Shown: positions 57,233-64,000 of the stretch, piece after piece
Numbering within the stretch: position 1 is the stretch's first letter
How the letters are laid out: each line of letters begins with the position of its first letter
Source: an uncultured Actinomycetes bacterium
GTDB lineage: Bacteria; Actinomycetota; JAICYB01
Assembly (NCBI GenBank): GCA_964560135.1
Contig: CAZLKN010000004.1
Coordinates: forward strand, 26,997 to 90,996
DNA length: 64,000 nucleotides
Direction of reading: 5' to 3'
Position numbers and translations under genes: made by a program
Notes under the pieces: model-generated
Told to the model about the DNA's origin: nothing
Databases searched by the model: none
What the model saw: only the letters and a program-made list of their open reading frames with translations

Positions 57233-58366
57233 TCAGATACGCCATGTTCGCCCTCCGATCTGGGTCGCCAAGATGCGATCCCAGTCGTACTCCACGCCGA
57301 GTCCGGGGCCCTCCGGCGCGTAGACAAACCCGTTCTTGTCGACGGCATCAAACCCATCTCGGTACTCGTGAGCCACTGCCGAAGCGGTCGATGTGATCTC
57401 GTACTGCGGATGAAGCAGGCCCATCTCGTAGTAGTTGGAGTTCCGCATCGCGCACATCAGGTGTCGATGCGCCGGCCCGCAGAAGTGCAGTTCAACATCT
57501 GCACCAAGGCCCTCCGCAGCATGGGCGATCTTCATGACACCGGTGATTCCCCCATCGTAGTCAGGGTCGGCGCGAAGGAAGTCTGTCCCTCCCGCGACAA
57601 GGAAGTCGATCTTCGGCTCCAAACTCCGGAGATGTTCGGTCATGAGAAGCGGTGTGCGGATGCGCTCGCGCAACCGAGCGTGCGCCTGTGCCGAGATGCC
57701 GCCATCACGGAATGGGTCCTCGTACCAGAAGTAGCCGTACTCATCGAGCACGCGGCCGAGCTTCACGGCCGCACCGAACGTCGACAGCAGGCTGGAGACG
57801 TCATCCATGAGGTCCATCCGGTCCCCAACCCGCTCTGCGACCACCCGTGCCGTTTCGATCTCCCGCCGGAGGTTCTCCTGGAACCATCCGTGGATCTTGA
57901 ACGCCGGGTATCCGCGCTCCAGACACCGCTCTGCGAAGTTCGCATATGCCTCTGGGGTGCCCAGCCCGTCGGGATCGTCATCTGCCAGTACGGTCGAGGC
58001 ATACGCGGGCAACGGTCGGGACACGGCCCCCAGAAGCTCGTACACCGGTACCCCGTACCACTTTCCGGCAAGATCCCACAACGCGACATCGATCACGCTG
58101 AACCCAATACGCCCAGCTTGGCGCATGGCATGCTTGCATGCGTTGTAGACGCCTTCGCGGTCCAGAGCGTTGCGACCGAGCACCCAGCGGATACACTCGT
58201 CGATCGAAACGTGGTCCTCCCGCCATCCGCCCACGTACTCCCCGGTCACGCCTTGGTCGGTTTCGATACGGATCGCGTAGCCGGATCGGGAGCCCCGCTC
58301 CATTCCAGGGTTGGTGAACGAAAACTCGATCGCCTCGATCGTCGTTACAACAGGCTTCTCTCCCAC
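57233..58366 (-). CDS. Enolase superfamily (MR/MLE) dehydratase (paralog of 44113-45291)
   Basis: TDQGVTGEYVGG, IDVALWDLAGK, YAST, FKIHGW, WYEDPF, YYEMGLLHP; GTG 58366. Confidence 0.9.
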   Translation of the reverse strand: MGEKPVVTTIEAIEFSFTNPGMERGSRSGYAIRIETDQGVTGEYVGGWREDHVSIDECIRWVLGRNALDREGVYNACKHAMRQAGRIGFSVIDVALWDLAGKWYGVPVYELLGAVSRPLPAYASTVLADDDPDGLGTPEAYANFAERCLERGYPAFKIHGWFQENLRREIETARVVAERVGDRMDLMDDVSSLLSTFGAAVKLGRVLDEYGYFWYEDPFRDGGISAQAHARLRERIRTPLLMTEHLRSLEPKIDFLVAGGTDFLRADPDYDGGITGVMKIAHAAEGLGADVELHFCGPAHRHLMCAMRNSNYYEMGLLHPQYEITSTASAVAHEYRDGFDAVDKNGFVYAPEGPGLGVEYDWDRILATQIGGRTWRI

Positions 58367-58549
58367 AGTGCACCTCTCCCATCGCTTGGAACATCCATCC
58401 ACCGACACCGGAATGAGGGTCAGCGTACAGGCGAGGAAATGTCGCCGGAAGACGGGGCGCCAAACAAGGGCGTCCTGCTCTCGCTCGTGCACGGGCCATG
58501 CCCTCGGGTATGGTTAGTCCTGGTTAGGCCAACCTGATAGGAGTTCACC

Positions 58550-59593
58550 ATGACGTCCCTGGACCGCACGTCTTCGCTGGAACCGCTCGTGGTTGGAGGC
58601 AGCCAAACGTACCTCACCACCACGATGGGCCAGCCGGTGGTCGCCTGGGGCTTCAATTACGACCGTGACCGCGAGATGCGCCTCTTGGAGGAATACTGGG
58701 ACCGCGAATGGCCCAAGGTCGTCAACGATCTCCGGCTCATGCGTTCCCACGATGCGAACATCGTCCGCATCCACCTCCAGACCGCCGCGTTCATCGACGC
58801 GGACGGTCATCCTCGCCACGCTGCTCTCGACCGGCTCGTGGAACTCGTCGCCGTCGCCGAGGAGCTCGACATGTACCTCGACATCACGGGCCTTGCCTGC
58901 TACCGAAGCGACGATCCCGGGCTGTCCTGGTTCAACAGCCTGACAGAAGGCGAACGGTGGGAGATCCAGGCCCGGTTCTGGACGGCGGTCGCCACCGCCG
59001 TCCGCGGACGAAGCGCTGTTGCCTTCTTCGACCTGATCAATGAGCCCGCCGTGCCGGCGGCCAGGACCGACAGCTGGTATGCGGGGAAGCTCGGTCCGTT
59101 CTCCTACTGCCAATTCCTGGTTCGTGACCTCGCCGGCCGCGACCGTAGCACCGTGGCCTCCGACTGGACCCACAAGATGACAGAGGCGATCCGTGGGGCG
59201 GATCCCGACCGATCGGTGACCATCGGTTTGTTGCCGAACTCCGCTGCCGCCGGGGTTGACCCCGTCGCCGTGGCGCCGCATCTTGATCTGCTCGCGGTGC
59301 ACGTCTATCCCGACCCCGGCGAGGTCTCCGCCGCCGTGGAGATCGTCCGGGACCTCGCCGCACTCGGGAAGCCGGTGATCGTCGAAGAGCTGTTTCCGTT
59401 GCGCTGCTCGATCCAGGAACTCCGCGAGTTCATCACGCAGACCCGGCCCTATGCCTGCGGGTGGATCGGTTTCCACTGGGGCGAAGCCCCCGCAAGAAGC
59501 GGACACCCGGACAACAAGGGCCTGATCGACCGCTGGCTCGCGCTCTTCGATGACCTCGGCCCGGAGGTGACACGACCCGCAGCCGGTACCTGA
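58550..59593 (+). CDS. GH5-like (clan GH-A) glycoside hydrolase
   Basis: WGFNYD, NIVRIHLQ, FDLINEP, VHVYP, KPVIVEELFP; AGGAG RBS. Confidence 0.8.
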   Translation: MTSLDRTSSLEPLVVGGSQTYLTTTMGQPVVAWGFNYDRDREMRLLEEYWDREWPKVVNDLRLMRSHDANIVRIHLQTAAFIDADGHPRHAALDRLVELVAVAEELDMYLDITGLACYRSDDPGLSWFNSLTEGERWEIQARFWTAVATAVRGRSAVAFFDLINEPAVPAARTDSWYAGKLGPFSYCQFLVRDLAGRDRSTVASDWTHKMTEAIRGADPDRSVTIGLLPNSAAAGVDPVAVAPHLDLLAVHVYPDPGEVSAAVEIVRDLAALGKPVIVEELFPLRCSIQELREFITQTRPYACGWIGFHWGEAPARSGHPDNKGLIDRWLALFDDLGPEVTRPAAGT

Positions 59594-59598
59594 AGCAC

Positions 59599-62500
59599 CT
59601 AGATCTCCAGCCGTTCTCCAGCGGCGACGCGGAGCATCCGGACGGGCCCCAGGATGCCGGACACCGTCTGCCCGGGAAGTACGTATGGGGTGTTCGTCCA
59701 TTCCTGCAGGTACGGCCCGAGCGTGTTGCACACGAGGAGTTCGATCTTGTTGCGTCCCACCCGGATCAGATCGTCGACGCCGATCCGGTACGGAGACCAC
59801 AGGAGCGTTCCCGCCAGCCGGTCGTTGACGGATACCTCAACCGTGCCGCGCACGTGCCCGAGATCCAGCGTCCACGATCCCCGGTCGACCTCGGAGAGCT
59901 CCACCTCCTGGACGTACCGGACGGCACCGGAGTACCCGGACAGCCCCTGGGTGCACCAGTCACCGAGAAGGATCGATCCCTCAGAGGTCTCGAAGATCGG
60001 TGGACCGTGCCATAGCCGTCCGCCCGACCGGCCGCCGCCGGTCTCCACACGGATCTCGGCCCTGCAGGCCCATCGTTGCGTTTGGGGAAGGAACACCTTG
60101 CCTTCGACGCACGGTATCTCTCGGCCGTCGAGCAGGACGGACACCGAACCCGACACCGGCAGCTCCATGCTCCTGGTCCCCGGAGGCACAGTCACACGGA
60201 ACCACTCCACAGCCGGCTCTTTGGCCTCCGGACGGGTTTCGACGTTCACGTAATCGGCGCTCGGTGTGGCGGGTCCGGTCAACCACTCGGCCTCCGGGAG
60301 CGGGTGCGATCGTCGCCACAGATGCGCCCACGACGGGTCGTACCAGGGTGTGAGCCTGGCCCGGACGGGCGCCGGCCTCCCGTCACGTTCGCCGGCCCAG
60401 CCCGGCATCGTCGCGATCGTCGTCCGGGTGCCGTCGGCATGCCGCGCGAGCGCATCGAGAAAGACTCCAGTGGCCCGACCCGGGTCGTGGATCTCGATGC
60501 GCACCTCGTTGAGACCTGCGCGGAACGCGCTCGTGGCCTCGTATCGGATCACCATCGGAAAGGGAGCGTTCTCGTACGGGAAGAACTCGCCCTGGCGTGC
60601 GATTACCACGTCGTTCACGAGAAGGGTGGCAGGTCCGTCGCTGCCGAAGTGCAGCGTCACCTCATCGGGGGCCGAAGACAAGCTGATGCTCCGTGTCATC
60701 GTGAACGTCGAACCCCGGGCGGGCTCGTCGTCGGGGACCAGCACCTCCGGACGCGCGAAAGCCTCTGGATCACGAACCAACGTGTAGAAACCACGGGCTC
60801 CCAACGCCGGTGATCCCAGGAGGCGCGCAGCGTCGGTCACCGAGTCGGCGTCCGCGATCATGCGGATCTCCAGCAGGTTGTCGCCGCTTCTGACGTGAAC
60901 CGGCGAGATCGTCAGGTACCGGTCGTCGTCGGTGGTGACCTCTTGGCCGTTCCACCAGACGCGACGCCGGGTCCGTGCACCGACAGCCAGATACGCGTCC
61001 TCTTCCCGTCCGGCGCGGAGGACCGTGCGGAACTGGACGGCCTGACCCGCGTCGAGCGCCCCGAGGTCGAGAAACTCTTCAGGGACGAATCCCTTTTGGC
61101 CGTGCTGTGCCTGGCTCCGCAGGATCCGATCTCCGCGGATCCCGCGGGAAGGTGACCAGTCCACCGGGTGCCAGTCTTCTCCAGCCCGGAACGCCGACAC
61201 GTCGGACAGCGGTTCGGGCGCCGAGTCCGGCGCGCACGGTCCCGTCGTCCATCCCCCGGTTCCGAAGGTCGCGCGGACGGGGCCCCATTCCGCCGCCGGA
61301 GCGCCATCGTCATCGACGTCATATCCGGGTCGGCGGTGATGGTCCATCGACCACACCGCGAGGGGTGGATGCCCATCGTAGGGCGGCATGTCCAGATCGC
61401 CCCACCGATTGTCCATCGTCGGCTCGATCGCCGACGACCATGATTCGGCCAAATCGATCTCCTCGAGGATCCCGCCGGTCACAGGAGAGGGCCCCTCGTC
61501 CACGTCGTCTCCACCGAAGACGACGAGTGCTGCCGGGCCGTCGTCGAACGGGATCTGAACGCGAACCCGTCCGTTCTCGATGGCGTGCGCGAGTCGTCGC
61601 GTCCGCCCCGTCGTCGGATCCCAGAGGTAGACGGGCCCGCCGACGTCCGCGACCGTGACCTCGGCCGCCTCCAGATACCGTCGCGGATCGAACGTATAGG
61701 TGAACTGCCCCGGACTGCCGGCGTCGACCTGTGTGGCACGCGGATATACAGCGGGAACGAATAGGACGTGGCGATCGCCAACCTGGCGCAACAGTGTCGG
61801 AACGGGCGCCTCCACACGGCGAGCCAGACCACCGAGACCGGTACCGGGCAGCTCGTCTGGTTCCTGCACCAGGATCGCCCGGCCCTCACCGAACAGCCGG
61901 CGCAGCCGCTCCACGGCTGCCTGGTCCCCGGCCGCGGCCAGTCTCGGCTCGGCGCCGACGGCCACCAGCGTTCCTCCGGCTTCCACGAACTCGACGAGCA
62001 CCCGAGCGGTCTCCGCCTCCAGCACCTCGCAGCCGGGAAGGACGAGCGCTCGATACGTCTCGCCGGAGACCCGAAAGGCTCCCTCGGCCACCTCTCCGCG
62101 CACCAGCGAGTCGTCGTCCACGACATCGAAATCGCGTCCGTCCGCATCGAGCACACCGGGATAGGTCTGCGGCCAATCCCGGGTGCCGACGATCCGGCGG
62201 TACAGATCATCTGCACGTCGCGCCCGATCCTGGGCGCCGTCCAGCGTGGTGTAGGCCTGGACAGTGGTCGACGGGAACACGACGGCGACATCGCAGCGAT
62301 GCACGCCACTGGAGAGCACGGCACACAGGCGGGCCACCGTGTCCGCGAACAACTTGTAGTGGCGCCAGTACGGCTGCCGCCAGCAGGTCGAGGGCGGCGC
62401 CCACTCCCACCATCCGCCGAGCGTCGAGTAGTACACGGCGTGCGGGTCGTACAAGGTCGCGCCGTCACGGAGGTACGGCAGCAGCCAGTCGAAGGTCTCC

Positions 62501-63591
62501 TCCAGCGAGCCGCCCCATCCGGTCGAGTGGAAAGCCTCCAGCCAGACGTGACGGTGTCCGTACAGATGTGCCAGGGACGAATGGGGTTTTGTGTCGCCAC
62601 CGTGGTCGCTCCCGGGGGCACCGAACCATCGGTGTGTACGCAGATAGTCCGCATACAGGCGGACGCAGGCCGTGGGCTGTCCGGCACGGCTCAGGCCCTG
62701 CTGGTCGAACCCGCAAACCATGTCGCGCTCCGCATGCCAGGCATTGAGCGGCCTGAAGAACGCATCCTCGGCGAGCTTCCCCCGGGTGAGCTGATAGTCG
62801 ACCCGCACCTGCTCGGCCCCCGGGACGTCCTCCCAGAGGGCGGCCAGGTGGCGTTCGATCCGGTATCCACGGCCGTGGGCGAAGGCATCCTCGAAACCTG
62901 GCCCCCAGGACGGCATGTGCGGGAGTTCGTCCTGGAAAGAACCGACGATGACGTCGCCCAAGTACCCCCCGAGCCGGCGTTCGAACTCTCCGTGAACGAG
63001 ATCCATGAGGGCACCGCAGGCCGCCGGGTCGAAGTAGTTGAACCCGGTCGGACGGGCATAGGCGAGCATGACGCGGCCGGATCCCTCGTACGCGAGCCTT
63101 CCATCGACCAGCGGCACCTCCACCGGCTCGACGCCCAACTCGAACGCGGCGATCGGCCGGGCACCAGACGGAGGGACGAGCACGCACGAACCGGTTGCGG
63201 TGAGGCGCTCGATGACCTCACCACGGAAGCGGGGATGGTCGCGGACCAGGTGACCCTGCAGGTTCGCACCCGAGAACCCGAGCTGGTCGTAGAACCAGAT
63301 CCTGAAACCGACCCTTCGGGCGTGGTCACAGACGCCACGAAAGATCTCCCACCATGCGTCGGACTGGAAGACCGGATCGTCGGAGCGGGATCCGTACAGC
63401 GGGCCCGTGGGAGCGAGATTGATGACGACGGCATTGTGGATGCCTCCCTCGATCAGGCGGTCCATCTGCCAGCACAGCCGTCCGGCATCGAGGGGTTCGC
63501 CCGACCACCACCACAAGGGAACCGGCGAACGGTCCGCCGGAGGCTTCGAGAACAGGTCGTGCAGGTCCTCGTGAGGTACGTCCAGGCTCAC
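59599..63591 (-). CDS. Large GH106-like (alpha-L-rhamnosidase-like) glycoside hydrolase with C-terminal beta-sandwich domains
   Basis: PVPLWWWSG, WFYD, GSFQDELP, WLEAFHSTGWG, PPSTCWRQPYW, C-terminal LDLGHV...VND...PY; GTG 63591. Confidence 0.75.
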   Translation of the reverse strand: MSLDVPHEDLHDLFSKPPADRSPVPLWWWSGEPLDAGRLCWQMDRLIEGGIHNAVVINLAPTGPLYGSRSDDPVFQSDAWWEIFRGVCDHARRVGFRIWFYDQLGFSGANLQGHLVRDHPRFRGEVIERLTATGSCVLVPPSGARPIAAFELGVEPVEVPLVDGRLAYEGSGRVMLAYARPTGFNYFDPAACGALMDLVHGEFERRLGGYLGDVIVGSFQDELPHMPSWGPGFEDAFAHGRGYRIERHLAALWEDVPGAEQVRVDYQLTRGKLAEDAFFRPLNAWHAERDMVCGFDQQGLSRAGQPTACVRLYADYLRTHRWFGAPGSDHGGDTKPHSSLAHLYGHRHVWLEAFHSTGWGGSLEETFDWLLPYLRDGATLYDPHAVYYSTLGGWWEWAPPSTCWRQPYWRHYKLFADTVARLCAVLSSGVHRCDVAVVFPSTTVQAYTTLDGAQDRARRADDLYRRIVGTRDWPQTYPGVLDADGRDFDVVDDDSLVRGEVAEGAFRVSGETYRALVLPGCEVLEAETARVLVEFVEAGGTLVAVGAEPRLAAAGDQAAVERLRRLFGEGRAILVQEPDELPGTGLGGLARRVEAPVPTLLRQVGDRHVLFVPAVYPRATQVDAGSPGQFTYTFDPRRYLEAAEVTVADVGGPVYLWDPTTGRTRRLAHAIENGRVRVQIPFDDGPAALVVFGGDDVDEGPSPVTGGILEEIDLAESWSSAIEPTMDNRWGDLDMPPYDGHPPLAVWSMDHHRRPGYDVDDDGAPAAEWGPVRATFGTGGWTTGPCAPDSAPEPLSDVSAFRAGEDWHPVDWSPSRGIRGDRILRSQAQHGQKGFVPEEFLDLGALDAGQAVQFRTVLRAGREEDAYLAVGARTRRRVWWNGQEVTTDDDRYLTISPVHVRSGDNLLEIRMIADADSVTDAARLLGSPALGARGFYTLVRDPEAFARPEVLVPDDEPARGSTFTMTRSISLSSAPDEVTLHFGSDGPATLLVNDVVIARQGEFFPYENAPFPMVIRYEATSAFRAGLNEVRIEIHDPGRATGVFLDALARHADGTRTTIATMPGWAGERDGRPAPVRARLTPWYDPSWAHLWRRSHPLPEAEWLTGPATPSADYVNVETRPEAKEPAVEWFRVTVPPGTRSMELPVSGSVSVLLDGREIPCVEGKVFLPQTQRWACRAEIRVETGGGRSGGRLWHGPPIFETSEGSILLGDWCTQGLSGYSGAVRYVQEVELSEVDRGSWTLDLGHVRGTVEVSVNDRLAGTLLWSPYRIGVDDLIRVGRNKIELLVCNTLGPYLQEWTNTPYVLPGQTVSGILGPVRMLRVAAGERLEI

Positions 63592-63680
63592 GTTCCAACC
63601 CCCCCTAGATTGACGTTCTCGGCGATGACCATAGACGCCGCCGAATACTGGTGGAGCGACAACAGCGCGCCGGCGCTCAA
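63588..63680 (-). pseudogene. 30-residue mini-ORF coupled to the GH106-like gene, possible hollowed remnant
   Basis: TTG...LSLHQYS...GGVGT*; stop overlaps the GTG of the next gene (GTGA). Confidence 0.3.
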
Positions 63681-63701
63681 CGGCGTTCCGGCCGTCTCCC
63701 G

Positions 63702-64000
63702 TTAGGAATGTGCGTCGGCGCTGCGCAGATCCACGACCTCGAGCTGTCCCTCCCCGAGCCGGGTACGGAGGGCCTTCTTGTCGAACTTGCCGACGCTCGT
63801 CTTGGGGATCTCCTCGACGACCGCCCACCGTTCCGGCAGCCACCACTTCGCAACCCGGTCGGCGAGGAACGCCTGCAGCGCCTCGGGCGTGATCCCGCTG
63901 CCGGTCTTGGCGACGACGCAGGCGAGCGGCCTCTCCTGCCACCGCTCATCGGCAACCGCGATGACCGCCGCCTCGGCGACGTCGGGATGCACCGGATGGG
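63702..64000 (-). CDS. C-terminal part of an acyl-CoA ligase (AMP-binding_C), running off the window
   Basis: [11 protein letters not shown]...[27 protein letters not shown]. Confidence 0.85.
   Translation of the reverse strand, partial: HPVHPDVAEAAVIAVADERWQERPLACVVAKTGSGITPEALQAFLADRVAKWWLPERWAVVEEIPKTSVGKFDKKALRTRLGEGQLEVVDLRSADAHS

Overview
Very GC-rich bacterial DNA. GTG/TTG starts, apparent leaderless promoters and gene content point to Actinomycetota, possibly Acidimicrobiia-like (inference). I found no rRNA, tRNA, CRISPR, transposase or integrase. The window has three parts. (1) About 1-19 kb: a sugar/sugar-acid catabolic cluster with an IclR regulator, Gfo/Idh/MocA dehydrogenases, three SMP-30 lactonases, an enolase-family dehydratase, an HpcH aldolase, DmpF/DmpG, an Asp-box propeller protein, a PhyH-like oxygenase, and GH151-like and clan GH-A hydrolases. 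(2) About 19.5-43 kb: a ROK regulator, then an unusual ~14 kb minus-strand operon, then a heterodimeric ABC exporter and lutABC. The operon encodes a fused LivH-LivM permease, an MFS fused to LivF- and LivG-type ATPases, MoxR, DUF58, a transglutaminase-like membrane protein lacking its Cys-His-Asp triad, a lipoprotein and a family-5 binding protein. (3) About 43-64 kb: a deoxy-sugar (rhamnose/fucose-like) catabolic region with more dehydratases, a lactonase, mutarotases, an isomerase and glycosidases. The best candidate for an undescribed system is the MFS-ABC/MoxR/pseudo-transglutaminase operon. A second striking feature is a series of 'hollowed-out' genes that keep their start, stop and translational coupling but have lost their interiors. 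All family assignments are by motif recognition; no searches were run.
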